This document shows, piece after piece, positions 40,507-50,819 of a DNA stretch of 64,000 nt. Position numbers and translations under genes: made by a program. The notes under the pieces were generated by a model. It worked only from the letters and a program-made list of their open reading frames with translations. It was not told where the DNA came from and searched no databases. The DNA comes from Candidatus Poribacteria bacterium (lineage in GTDB: Bacteria > Poribacteria > WGA-4E > WGA-3G): contig OZ244889.1 in NCBI GenBank assembly GCA_965221425.1, positions 2,624,675 to 2,688,674 of the forward strand, given 5' to 3'. The first letter of the stretch is position 1. Each line of letters opens with the position of its first letter.

Positions 40507-42987
40507 ATGCGCAGCTTTTTGTCTAATTGCTTACAAGTAATTCTAAGTGTTATCTTCGTCAGTTTTATTCTTATATTTTTTGTTATCTGTTTCGGAATCG
40601 GCGTTGCAGGCGGATTTATGCTCGGATGTTGGGAAGATGTGGCAGCGCTCGATCTAAAAAACTTAGAATACAAAACAGACCGACAAACATGGCAGCAGAA
40701 TCTTGAGATATATTCAACTATTTGCAAAGTGCAGCTCAAAGACACCGCAGTTTTTTTAGTAGATAAACTACAGCGCGTGGCGTACGAAGAAATCAAACAA
40801 GGCGGTAAAGGCATAAATTCTCCTGGTGAATATTCAGTGCAACTGAGTGGAGAAATTGGTAAACGAAGTGGGACTATTCAAATATACTTACGCCAATTTG
40901 ACTATCCGTATATGGAAAAAGATACAGAAGCAAAACGTGTTACTCTCTTCGTAAAAAACGGAAAAATTGGATCTATCCAAGACGAGGCGGGAAACTCAAT
41001 CTCTAGTTTTTTTCTTGAACCGGAACTCATCGCTGAACCTACCAAAGATGATAGGAAAATAAAACGCAAAATTATTCCACTCGTTGAAATGCCTGATAAA
41101 TTGGTCAACGCTTTTATTGCTATTGAGGACCGACGATTCTATCAGCATTCCGGAATTGATATTATCCGACTCATCGGGGCAATTAAGGATTCTCTTAAAG
41201 GCGGTCGTGAAATTGAGGGAACAAGTACACTGACACAGCAGCTAACGCGGAATATCTACCTCGGAAGGGAACGCACTCCAGCCAGAAAAACTCGTGAAAT
41301 CTTGCTTGCTTTCAGAATAGAAAAACAGCTATCAAAACCACAAATTCTGGAAGCATATCTTAATTATATTGACTTCGGATGGTTTAGAGGGCAGCAACTT
41401 TTCGGTGTTCAGAAGGCTGCCATGGCTTACTTCGGTAAAGAGGTAGCTGAACTTGAATTTCATGAATGCGCTCTGCTTGCAGGTATACCAAAAGGGACAA
41501 CACTTTATTCACCAGATAAAAACCCTGAAAATGCTAAAAAACGTCGCAATGTGATACTACGGGCTATGTACGCCCAAGAATTACTTACATCTCAAGAGTA
41601 CGCATATAGTCGGAATCAACCCCTCCAAATACAAGAGGCATCAAATTCTTCCGTTAAAGCGAAAGAATATACTGCAGGACACTTTATAACACATGTTAAG
41701 TCGGAACTTGAAAAAATATCCAAACTTAAAAATAGTTTATATAACGACGGGTTAAAAGTCTACACCACAATAGATATGTCGATGCAATCTGTGGCGGTAG
41801 ATACTATTGCTGACCACCTGCGCTATTTGGATGGACTCTACGGTAGACATCTGCCTAATTACGACGCGAATAAGAATAATCCACAAGGTATTGATCCTAT
41901 AAAAAATTACTTGCAGGCTGCTCTTATTGCTTTTGAACCACGAACCGGAGATGTTAAAGCAATGGTAGGGGGACGCGATTATCATATTGCCGGAAAAGAG
42001 ATTAATTACCTCAACCGGGCAATAGGAAATTCAAAACGCCAGCCAGGATCAGCATTCAAACCAATCGTCTTCGCCGCACTGATGGAAACACCTGCTTTAA
42101 TAACACCCACATCAATTATCGTTGATGAACCCTGGACGATCCAACACGTTCCTGGACAATGGTGGACAGTGGACAACTATATTGAGGGCAAGCACTATGG
42201 ACCTGTCACGGCCCGGAAAACACTCACAAAATCTATTAACGTTCCAACAGCAAAAGCAGCTTGGGAGACCCCTGAAAATGAGGATGGCTATAGAGAAGGG
42301 ATTGTCCGAATTGTAAAATTTGCTGAAGAGATAGGATTTTCAACACCTTTGAATCCTAAAAAACCTGCGTTTGTTTTAGGGGCATCTGGTGTGACGGTGC
42401 TTGAATTGACCTCGGCGTATGGCATCTTTGCTAATCGCGGTATTAAAGTAGAACCGAGTTATATTCATTATATCACCGATCAGGACGGATCACTGATCTA
42501 CCCACCTAAAGGGTATCAGCAAGACCGAACCCGTGTATTAGATGAAAAGGTTGCATACCAGATCACTTCGTTTTTAGAAAGTGTTATTAAACAGGGAACG
42601 GGGCGTAGTGCTATATCAAAATATCATATAACTCGACCAATAGCTGGAAAAACAGGCACTACGAATGATTACATAGATGCTTGGTTTGTAGGTTATACCG
42701 CCGACTTGATTGTAGGTGTTTGGGTCGGACTTGATAAACAGGGGCGGAATCTGAAAAACTACAACCAGCAAGGCGCATGGGCTGCACTACCAATCTGGGC
42801 ACGCTTTATCAAAGAAGCAGCGCGCGGGCCAGAAAAGGAATTTCCTGTACCCGAAGGAATTGAATTCTGGGAAATTGATAACGTGACAGGTTTACTCAGA
42901 AATAAAGACCAATGTCCCCCAGAAAACATTAGCAACGAACCTTTTATTAGAGGACAAGAGCCGACAAAAATTTGTGATCGACATTAG
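40507..42987 (+). CDS. mrcA: penicillin-binding protein 1A (bifunctional transglycosylase/transpeptidase)
   Basis: GT51 motif AFIAIEDRRFYQHSGID, transpeptidase SxxK (QPGSAFKP) and KTGTTND are present. ATG at 40507 follows a ggag RBS. Confidence 0.9.
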   Translation: MRSFLSNCLQVILSVIFVSFILIFFVICFGIGVAGGFMLGCWEDVAALDLKNLEYKTDRQTWQQNLEIYSTICKVQLKDTAVFLVDKLQRVAYEEIKQGGKGINSPGEYSVQLSGEIGKRSGTIQIYLRQFDYPYMEKDTEAKRVTLFVKNGKIGSIQDEAGNSISSFFLEPELIAEPTKDDRKIKRKIIPLVEMPDKLVNAFIAIEDRRFYQHSGIDIIRLIGAIKDSLKGGREIEGTSTLTQQLTRNIYLGRERTPARKTREILLAFRIEKQLSKPQILEAYLNYIDFGWFRGQQLFGVQKAAMAYFGKEVAELEFHECALLAGIPKGTTLYSPDKNPENAKKRRNVILRAMYAQELLTSQEYAYSRNQPLQIQEASNSSVKAKEYTAGHFITHVKSELEKISKLKNSLYNDGLKVYTTIDMSMQSVAVDTIADHLRYLDGLYGRHLPNYDANKNNPQGIDPIKNYLQAALIAFEPRTGDVKAMVGGRDYHIAGKEINYLNRAIGNSKRQPGSAFKPIVFAALMETPALITPTSIIVDEPWTIQHVPGQWWTVDNYIEGKHYGPVTARKTLTKSINVPTAKAAWETPENEDGYREGIVRIVKFAEEIGFSTPLNPKKPAFVLGASGVTVLELTSAYGIFANRGIKVEPSYIHYITDQDGSLIYPPKGYQQDRTRVLDEKVAYQITSFLESVIKQGTGRSAISKYHITRPIAGKTGTTNDYIDAWFVGYTADLIVGVWVGLDKQGRNLKNYNQQGAWAALPIWARFIKEAARGPEKEFPVPEGIEFWEIDNVTGLLRNKDQCPPENISNEPFIRGQEPTKICDRH

Positions 42988-43058
42988 GTTGCAATATTTC
43001 ACGCTTTTTAGTTCGTAGGTTGAATTAAACACTGTGAAACCTAATACCCTACATAAGG

Positions 43059-43368
43059 GTATGTAAATATTTTGGCAAAAGTTTGGGCTAAGGTGCGTTG
43101 TCCACGACATTTCCCATTTTTGCTGTCTGAATCGCGGATTTCACCAAATCAACGGTATGAATGCGCGTATGGCATTCCCCGGATGACGCGGATTATTCTT
43201 ATCCTATACAAATAAACACATCCAAGAAGAATTAACACAAGGCGTATACAGGTATACATCTCTATCCGCCATCCTCTCAAGGACGATTTGGAATGTCAAA
43301 CACATAATCCGCGTACTTCCGCGTCATCCGCGATTCAGACAACACGCATGCCAAAAACTTTACACACC
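43059..43368. mobile_element. composite MITE: family C shell with family A fragment nested
   Basis: ggtatgtaaatattttggcaaaagtttgggc…tgtctgaatcgcggat … atccgcgattcagacaacacgcatgccaaaaactttacacacc. The interior carries aaatcaacggtatgaatgcgcgtatggcattcccc. Confidence 0.65.
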
Positions 43369-43473
43369 ACATAAACTCTCTCCTACAAATTTTAAGAAAA
43401 ATATGATATACTAAAAGATATATCCTAAACACAAACACATGATTTCTCACAAGGACCCTACTAAGGAACAGAA

Positions 43474-45558
43474 ATGAGAGAGCATTTTGACGCACGCCCC
43501 ACAATTTCTCCTATTAATGTAAATCCAGAAATACCATCAAAGCCTTTTGAGTTAGTCTCAGAATTCGAACCGCAGGGCGACCAACCGCAAGCGATTGATA
43601 AATTGACTAACGGCATTCTACGCGGCGATAGAGCACAAACGCTATTAGGTGTTACGGGTTCTGGTAAAACGTACACGATGGCGAATGTGATTCAGAACAT
43701 TCAACGGCCAACACTCGTCATCTCTCCAAATAAAACGCTTTCTGCCCAGCTTTACAATGAATTCAAAACCTTTTTCCCACATAACGCTGTCCATTATTTT
43801 GTGAGCGATTACGAATACTACCAACCTGAGGCATATATCCCTTCAACAGACACGTTCATTGAAAAAGATGTGCGGATTAACGAAGAGATTACGCGAATGC
43901 GGCTTGCGTCTACTGCTTCCCTTATGTCGCGGCGTGATGTTGTTATTGTGGCAAGTGTTTCATGTCTATACGGTCTTGGATCACCACGCGAATTTGAAGG
44001 GCAGAAAGTTGATTTAGAAATCGGTAACACTATCCGACGCGATGAATTTCTACGTTCCTTGGTGGATATCCAATACGTGCGGAACGATGTTGATTTTTGG
44101 CAAGGCACATTTCGTGTCCGTGGCGATGTTGTTGAGGTGTTCCCAGCCTATAGTGAAAGCGCATTTCGCATAGAACTTTTTGGAGACGAAGTTGATAGAA
44201 TTTGCGAAATTGACACGACTACCGGTGAAATATTAGGAAAACAAAACTCGCTTGAAATTTATCCTGCCAAACACTTTATGACAGATGCTGATCTCTTTGA
44301 AGAAGCACTTATTAATATTGAGCTTGAACTTCATGAACGGATTGCCACATTTGAAAAAGAAAATAAATTGTTGGAGGCGCAACGTATTGAACAACGGACC
44401 CGCTTTGATTTGGAGATGCTGCGTGAGGTAGGTTATTGCTCAGGGATTGAAAATTATTCGCGCCATCTCTCCGGGTTACAACCTGGAGAACCTCCGTATT
44501 GTCTTCTAAATTATTTTCCCGAGAATTTTCTACTGTTCATTGACGAATCGCATGTAACAATTCCGCAATTAAAAGGAATGTATCGAGGCGACCGCGCAAG
44601 AAAACTAACACTCGTTGAGTATGGATTCCGTTTGCCATCCGCATTAGACAACAGACCGCTCCGTTTTGAGGAGGTACAAGCTTATCTCGATCAAGTTATA
44701 TATGTTTCTGCCACCCCCGGCAAGTATGAGATAGAAGAAAAAGGAGGAGGACAAATCGTTGAGCAGATTATTCGCCCTACCGGATTAATTGACCCCCAAA
44801 TTACTGTTCACCCTGTGCGTGGGCAAATTGACCATCTGATCGGCAAAATACAGGAGCGGGTAAAACAGAAACAGCGGGTACTTGTCACAACGCTCACAAA
44901 GCGGATGGCAGAAGATTTAAGCGAGTATTTTATAGAGGCAGGCATTCGTGCAAACTATATGCATTCTGAAATTGATGTGTTCGACCGCGCCCGAATTTTG
45001 CGGCAACTCCGCGAGGGAGAATTCGATGTACTTATCGGGATTAACCTACTCCGCGAGGGACTTGATCTACCAGAAGTTTCCCTCGTTGCAATTTTGGATG
45101 CGGATCGTCCGGGTTTTCTTCGATCCGTTACCTCATTGGTTCAAACATCCGGACGTGCTGCACGGAATGTAGACGGAGAAGTCCTGTTATATGGCGACAC
45201 CATTACAGAAGCAATGGCAGACGCCATGGCAGAGACACAACGCAGACGCGATATACAGTTGAAATACAATGAGGAAAATAACATCACACCTGCAACGATT
45301 CAGAAAGCAATTGAGCAGCTTATCTCTGAAACGAATGAGGAATACATAACAGAGAAAACGAAGAAATCTGAAAAAACTTTTCCTATTCCTGTTCCTGTTC
45401 CTGTTATTGAAGAGGCTAATGAGGAAGATATTAAAGCGACGATTGACGATTTAACACGTCAGATGCGTAAGGCTGCCATAGACCTTGAGTTTGAACTCGC
45501 AGCATCGTTACGTGACCAAATATCAGAACTAAAAGAACAGGTTCCCTCACAGAAATAG
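43474..45558 (+). CDS. uvrB: excinuclease ABC subunit B
   Basis: GVTGSGKTYTMANVI Walker A, helicase motifs and the C-terminal UVR domain. Confidence 0.95.
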   Translation: MREHFDARPTISPINVNPEIPSKPFELVSEFEPQGDQPQAIDKLTNGILRGDRAQTLLGVTGSGKTYTMANVIQNIQRPTLVISPNKTLSAQLYNEFKTFFPHNAVHYFVSDYEYYQPEAYIPSTDTFIEKDVRINEEITRMRLASTASLMSRRDVVIVASVSCLYGLGSPREFEGQKVDLEIGNTIRRDEFLRSLVDIQYVRNDVDFWQGTFRVRGDVVEVFPAYSESAFRIELFGDEVDRICEIDTTTGEILGKQNSLEIYPAKHFMTDADLFEEALINIELELHERIATFEKENKLLEAQRIEQRTRFDLEMLREVGYCSGIENYSRHLSGLQPGEPPYCLLNYFPENFLLFIDESHVTIPQLKGMYRGDRARKLTLVEYGFRLPSALDNRPLRFEEVQAYLDQVIYVSATPGKYEIEEKGGGQIVEQIIRPTGLIDPQITVHPVRGQIDHLIGKIQERVKQKQRVLVTTLTKRMAEDLSEYFIEAGIRANYMHSEIDVFDRARILRQLREGEFDVLIGINLLREGLDLPEVSLVAILDADRPGFLRSVTSLVQTSGRAARNVDGEVLLYGDTITEAMADAMAETQRRRDIQLKYNEENNITPATIQKAIEQLISETNEEYITEKTKKSEKTFPIPVPVPVIEEANEEDIKATIDDLTRQMRKAAIDLEFELAASLRDQISELKEQVPSQK

Positions 45559-45605
45559 ACATCCAAAATTATTGCAGAAGCAAACGTTTGGAAGATGTGT
45601 AATAT

Positions 45606-46133
45606 AGTAGATTTTAGAATTAATTGAACACTCTTGATCTGTGCGTTTAGCAAACCTAACCATAGGCGTCAATTTAGCGTGCATCCAGGCCCGGTAGGTT
45701 CGGTTTGTAACCGAACCATAGGCGTCAATTTAAGGGGTAAATCCATTTGGCAGTGTCTTCAGTCCCGTAGGGACGATATGTTTATAGATATGAAATGTAT
45801 ATATGTCTTTAGTCCCGTAGGGACGATATGTGTATCCCAACGACATATTTTTTACATATCGTCCCTACGGGACTAAAGAGGCGTTGTTCAACGTTTTTCT
45901 ATAAACATATCGTCCCTACGGGACTAAGATGTGGACAGTTCCAATCGTCATGCCTATTCAGAAGGGCTTTTAGAACAAGAAATATTTTCTAAAATTGACG
46001 CCTATGGTGCGGTTACAAACCGAACCTACCGGCCTGGGCATTCAGTGCATAATTCTTTTCTTAAATTGACGCCTATGGTTCGGTTTCCCAACCGAACCGA
46101 ACATAATGTCCAATTAATTCTAAAGTTTACTAT
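45606..46133. mobile_element. MITE-like element family B (528 bp) with double (outer+inner) terminal inverted repeats and internal palindromic 21-mer quartet
   Basis: Outer TIRs are tagtagattttagaattaattgaaca…aaccataggcgtcaattta (left) against taaattgacgcctatggttcgg…gtccaattaattctaaagtttactata (right). Inner inverted pair is ccggtaggttcggtttgtaaccgaaccataggcgtcaattt (45691) / aaattgacgcctatggtgcggttacaaaccgaacctaccgg (45994). The 21-mer agtcccgtagggacgatatgt occurs twice directly (45760, 45810) and its reverse complement twice (45856, 45906). Confidence 0.75.
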
Positions 46134-46306
46134 ATTATCTGCTGATCAAGGTGCCTCCTCCGTAGCGGCAACCGCCCGATCGCGACTTTACAACAAAAAC
46201 GCATAAAAACTGAATAGCTCTGTTTAAGTGAGTAAATTTTTTCGCTAAACAGTGCAAAGGTGCATCCGAAAATGTGTATAGAAAAAATCATTAGGAGATA
46301 TATTTA

Positions 46307-49300
46307 ATGGCACACACAAAATTATCTTTCTTCATAATCATTTTCCTGTTAATCACAGTGGTTACTTTCGTTGCCGAACTTGGAGTAGAGGAAGTGAGTA
46401 ACGAACAAGAGCGCTTGATAACACAAGAATTCATCGCAGCGGCACAAAAATTCATAGAACGTGGTGAAATAGACAAAGCAATAGAAATCTACGAACGAAT
46501 TCTAAAGGGGACACCTGAAGACTTTGAATCTCGCGCACAACTCGCAACACTTTACGCACACACAAATCAGCACGAAAAAGCTGCGCAAACCTACAGCAAA
46601 CTGCTTGAAACTGACCCAGAAAACATAACGTATCAAGATGGACTTGTTGATAGTCTACAAGCTGCTGGCAAACACAATGAGGCACTTGAAATCGCGCAGG
46701 CATACATTCAAACGCAGCCGGAAGTTGGCGTCCATTACGCACGGCTCGCAAGAGTTTATGAAGCAGAAGGTAATGAAACTGCAGCCATCGCCAGCTATGA
46801 AAAAGCAATTGAATTAGGATATGGTGATAAGCAAACGTATCTCAAACTCGCAAGACTTAATTTTTTCAATGAGGACATAGATGATGCCGAAATCGCATTG
46901 AAGAATGCAATTCTATCAGCCACATCAGCATCAGAGCGGCAAGAGATTGAACAACAATTGCTCAATTTTTATCGCTATCATGGGAATTTAGAAGAGAAGT
47001 TACAAAAAGCTGAAGATGATGGCACAATCACTTATGAGATGCAGAAAGCACGTGCCGAAAATTTTCACAAAATTGGTGAATTGGAAAAAGCTCTTAATGC
47101 TTATAAGAGAGCACAAGAACTGACAATCAGTTCATATCAAAAAGAAAGAATCTCTGCTGAATTGCTCAAGATATATGTACAACTCGGTGATATGGACTCA
47201 GCAATAGAACCATATCAGACAGAGGCGAATTCGGATACAAACAGCAAACTAAGGTCCTTTACTGCGGAAAGAATTACAGTGACATCTGCAAGAATTGCAG
47301 CGATATACGAAATGGAGATTGCACGCGATTCATTGATTGCTGCTTTCAAGAGCCAAGATAAACTTGAAGTGTTAAAAACACATTATGAGGGTAAACTTGA
47401 AAAAAATAAAGATAATCCGGTGGCACTCACAATATTGGCAAGAATATATTGGGATGAAAGGAATTATCAAAAAGCTGCTGAAGTGTATGAAGCACTCGGC
47501 AAAGCAGAACCTAACGATGTCCGTTATTTCTATTATGCTGCGGCTGCTTTGAAAAGAAACAAACAGCCTGAATTAGCCAAAGAGATGCTCAATCAAGCTA
47601 AACAGGCACTTGCATCCTGCAGTGAAAAAGATGATGCGCGGTTTCTTGGTTCGCTTGCAACAATCTGCATTGAAAATAGGATGTATGAGCCGACAATTGA
47701 ACTCTCCAAATCCGCGATTGATAAGAGTGATAGCGATACAGATAGTAGGATTCAAGATACTTTGCGCGAAATACTTGCGAAAAGTTACCGTGAGACAAAA
47801 CGTTATGTAGAAGCTTATGATATATATCAGGAATCAGACACACGAAGTAGGGCAAAAAATGCAATCCGTGCAATCGCCAAAGAAGGAAAATTCTATGAAA
47901 AATGGATACCGGAACAATTGAAAAAGGTTGAGATGAACCCTAACGATCCCAACCTCATCTCGGAACTTGCTGAAAGTTATGAAGCCACAGATAAAATTAA
48001 ACATGCAATTGAGCAGTATCAAAAACTTACAAAACTGCAACCTGAAGAAAATGCCTACTGGTACATAAAGTTGGGCGATCTGTTTCAAAGAGTGGATCGT
48101 CCGATAGGCAAAGTAATTGAAAGTAATGCTCTTAGCTTAGATGGAGATGGGAGTTTCGTGGAAATCGTGGACAGTGAGATCATAAACAATATCTCCGAAC
48201 AAGTTACGATTTCTGCATGGATCAAACCCACAGGTTTTCCAAACACCTGTACGACTGTCCTTTTCAAAGGCGACAAACGAACACCTAATCTTTCTCATCG
48301 TCAATTCGCGCTTTGGCTGTTTGATGAAGGTTGTGCTTATTTTGACGCATCTCCAAACGGACGATTTATAAGATGGATTGCGTCTAATAGTGAATCTATC
48401 GAAAAAAATGAATGGTACCACGTTGCAGCAACCATTGATGCAAGGAATGACAGCGTGAAGTTATTTCTAAACGGTGCTGAAATCAGAAAAAGTAATTTCA
48501 AAGGTCAGAACAATTTGACCAAGACAACACTGCCATTCCGTATCGGTTGTTCACATGAAGAAGAAATATCTGAGCACGCATCTTTTGCAGGGCTAATTGA
48601 TGAAGTGCGAATTTGGAACATCGCGCGTACTGAAAAACAAATTCGTTCCGATATGAACAAGCAGTTGGACGGAGATGAAGCGGGATTAGTCGGATATTGG
48701 AAATTTGACGCAGAAACCCAAGGACGCGTTTCCGATAGTTCACCTCATAAAAATGATGGCAAACTCATAGGAAATGCTAAACTTGAACCTTACACCCGTC
48801 CAATTTTGGCAAGTTTAAAGGATGAGTACTTTACAAAATCAGTAGCCTATTATGAAAAAGCGATAGAACTTAATCCCAAAATATACCAACGCTACACTGA
48901 CTTAGCAAATTTATATATAAAACAGAATCAGGCTTCTGATGCTGAAGCGGTATATATGCAAGCATTAGACGCACCGTTGACACAAGCGAGGCATGATTCC
49001 TTAATTCGCGCCATCTCCGAACTTTACGCTGACGAAGGACAAGAGGCTAAACTCATTGCTATCCTTGAAGAAATAGAACCTAAAATGCAGGAGAGTGTGG
49101 TCCTGCACGAACTTTTGGGCGATCTCTACAATAAAGTAGGTGATTCCGATAAAGCTGAAATTGCTAATGCTAAGTGGTTGAACATTCGACAGAAAGAGGT
49201 CAACGGACAGGAAGCATATTACCAACGTTGGTTTGCTGAAGAACTCCTTGAAAAAGGTCTCTTCCCAGAAACTACACTAAAATATGCGACACGTGCTTTA

Positions 49301-49567
49301 CAAGACTATGCGGAAATAAGCTATCACTATCCAATGACACTTGGACGTGCGCATATTGCAAATGATCGCTATGATGATGCACTTAGATATTTCAAATATG
49401 CTCTAAGTATTCTATCTGCTGATGCTTCATTAGACTATTTTTGGAAACAAGTCGTTGATGCAAGCAAGAATGCAAAGAACAAAGAAAGGTACAATCAAAT
49501 GTTAGCTGCGTTGATAAATTCCATGCCGCCGGAATATTCAAGCTCTGTGCAAATGTTTACCAAATAA
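46307..49567 (+). CDS. TPR-repeat protein with embedded LamG (concanavalin A-like) domain
   Basis: 1086 aa with a signal anchor. The N- and C-terminal thirds are TPR-like (…AIEIYERILKG…YAHTNQHEKAAQTY…). Residues ~600..800 form a LamG_3 domain (SLDGDGSFVEIVD…GLIDEVRIWNIARTEKQIRSDM…GYWKFD). taggagat RBS. Confidence 0.7.
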   Translation: MAHTKLSFFIIIFLLITVVTFVAELGVEEVSNEQERLITQEFIAAAQKFIERGEIDKAIEIYERILKGTPEDFESRAQLATLYAHTNQHEKAAQTYSKLLETDPENITYQDGLVDSLQAAGKHNEALEIAQAYIQTQPEVGVHYARLARVYEAEGNETAAIASYEKAIELGYGDKQTYLKLARLNFFNEDIDDAEIALKNAILSATSASERQEIEQQLLNFYRYHGNLEEKLQKAEDDGTITYEMQKARAENFHKIGELEKALNAYKRAQELTISSYQKERISAELLKIYVQLGDMDSAIEPYQTEANSDTNSKLRSFTAERITVTSARIAAIYEMEIARDSLIAAFKSQDKLEVLKTHYEGKLEKNKDNPVALTILARIYWDERNYQKAAEVYEALGKAEPNDVRYFYYAAAALKRNKQPELAKEMLNQAKQALASCSEKDDARFLGSLATICIENRMYEPTIELSKSAIDKSDSDTDSRIQDTLREILAKSYRETKRYVEAYDIYQESDTRSRAKNAIRAIAKEGKFYEKWIPEQLKKVEMNPNDPNLISELAESYEATDKIKHAIEQYQKLTKLQPEENAYWYIKLGDLFQRVDRPIGKVIESNALSLDGDGSFVEIVDSEIINNISEQVTISAWIKPTGFPNTCTTVLFKGDKRTPNLSHRQFALWLFDEGCAYFDASPNGRFIRWIASNSESIEKNEWYHVAATIDARNDSVKLFLNGAEIRKSNFKGQNNLTKTTLPFRIGCSHEEEISEHASFAGLIDEVRIWNIARTEKQIRSDMNKQLDGDEAGLVGYWKFDAETQGRVSDSSPHKNDGKLIGNAKLEPYTRPILASLKDEYFTKSVAYYEKAIELNPKIYQRYTDLANLYIKQNQASDAEAVYMQALDAPLTQARHDSLIRAISELYADEGQEAKLIAILEEIEPKMQESVVLHELLGDLYNKVGDSDKAEIANAKWLNIRQKEVNGQEAYYQRWFAEELLEKGLFPETTLKYATRALQDYAEISYHYPMTLGRAHIANDRYDDALRYFKYALSILSADASLDYFWKQVVDASKNAKNKERYNQMLAALINSMPPEYSSSVQMFTK

Positions 49568-49740
49568 ATGTCAACCTTGGTTTAGTGGTTTACTCGCTAA
49601 ACATTTATTATATGTAGAACGGACAGAATAACCCCAAAAGTCCCATCTCCCTTGAATGAAGATTAATTTATTAATTCGGTAATTTTCTGCCCAATATGGA
49701 AGACATTCTTGGATAGTGTGTGCCAATTCTTTGATTCTTG

Positions 49741-49770
49741 TTGCTGAAAATACATTTTACCGTGTATAAT
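49741..49770 (+). promoter_or_regulatory. sigma70-like promoter (ttgctg-18-TGtataat)
   Basis: Extended -10 (gtgtataat), about 40 nt upstream of the 49812 start. Confidence 0.35.
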
Positions 49771-49811
49771 ATGTTCACATTGAGATACTATCTTTGAAGG
49801 AGATATATATC

Positions 49812-50819
49812 ATGAAAGTTAAAGTCACGTTCACGATAATCGGTATCATTGCTTTACTAATGATAGGTTTGTGTATTCCTACAGCAAATTTCGCACAAGA
49901 AAAGCCGAAAGAGAACTCTATAGCAAAGAACATTATGTTGCCACATCATATTGATGGCGGAACTACGATAATGTTAGATCTCTCCAGACATATAGGTCTA
50001 ACCGATGATGAAACAAAGAGACTTACGAATGCTTTATCTGTAAAACAAACAGACAAAGCCGCCGCTACTAAGGGTGTAACGATTGAATTGTTAAAACCTT
50101 TGGATTCTATTGTTCACTCTAAGGCCCTTGTTATTCGACAAATCAAAGCAAACCCTGCAGTTAATATAGTGGATGCTGCAAAACATGCAGATGTTAAAGT
50201 AGAGTTTACATTTAAAATTCAAACGCCAGTAGATGATGTTGCACTACAGGAAGAATTGATTAAACAGCTGGATGGAAACAACGTTATCTTTACGGAGGCA
50301 GTTCAAGGAAATCGTGATACAGTCTTGATTAGACTCTATAACACAACAAAAAGCCGTATCAACCTAAAGAATTGGCAAATTCGATTGACCTACGGTGCCA
50401 TGCCGGATGCAACAGAGGCAACAACAGTTAGAGTAGTTGACAGGATGAGCAATGTTAATGAAAAAGTTGAGGTGCTCCCCAAATTGCGAAATACCCGAAC
50501 TGGGATTGATCTCCCACGCAACATCATCATGTTTCGTAAGATTGACTTTAAACTTCTTGACGATCCAACAAAAACACAGGATGAACAATTAGCTGCCATT
50601 TCTGATGGCACACGTCAATCCGGTTGGCACATGAAAAAACCATCAAATCAACCCGAGTGGGATGAAATTAACGACGCAGAAAACAAACTCAAAAACCAAA
50701 AAGAACCGTTAATTCTGGTTGTTCCAGGTAAAGGTAATCCTAAGGTTGAAACTCAAGTAATCATTAAACCTCGTAAACAAATTGAAAACGCCTCCTCACC
50801 ACCTACCGATGATCGGTAA
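49812..50819 (+). CDS. secreted hypothetical protein
   Basis: ATG with aaggagat RBS; signal peptide MKVKVTFTIIGIIALLMIGLCIPTANFAQE. Confidence 0.5.
   Translation: MKVKVTFTIIGIIALLMIGLCIPTANFAQEKPKENSIAKNIMLPHHIDGGTTIMLDLSRHIGLTDDETKRLTNALSVKQTDKAAATKGVTIELLKPLDSIVHSKALVIRQIKANPAVNIVDAAKHADVKVEFTFKIQTPVDDVALQEELIKQLDGNNVIFTEAVQGNRDTVLIRLYNTTKSRINLKNWQIRLTYGAMPDATEATTVRVVDRMSNVNEKVEVLPKLRNTRTGIDLPRNIIMFRKIDFKLLDDPTKTQDEQLAAISDGTRQSGWHMKKPSNQPEWDEINDAENKLKNQKEPLILVVPGKGNPKVETQVIIKPRKQIENASSPPTDDR

Noticed and set aside
45760-45926. Regularly spaced 21-bp repeats (agtcccgtagggacgatatgt ×2 direct, ×2 inverted) resembling a tiny CRISPR array
   Set aside because: There are only four units, arranged with mirror symmetry (two forward, two reverse). 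They lie inside a TIR-bounded element, and there are no cas genes or leader. This is consistent with a palindromic MITE core, not a CRISPR array.
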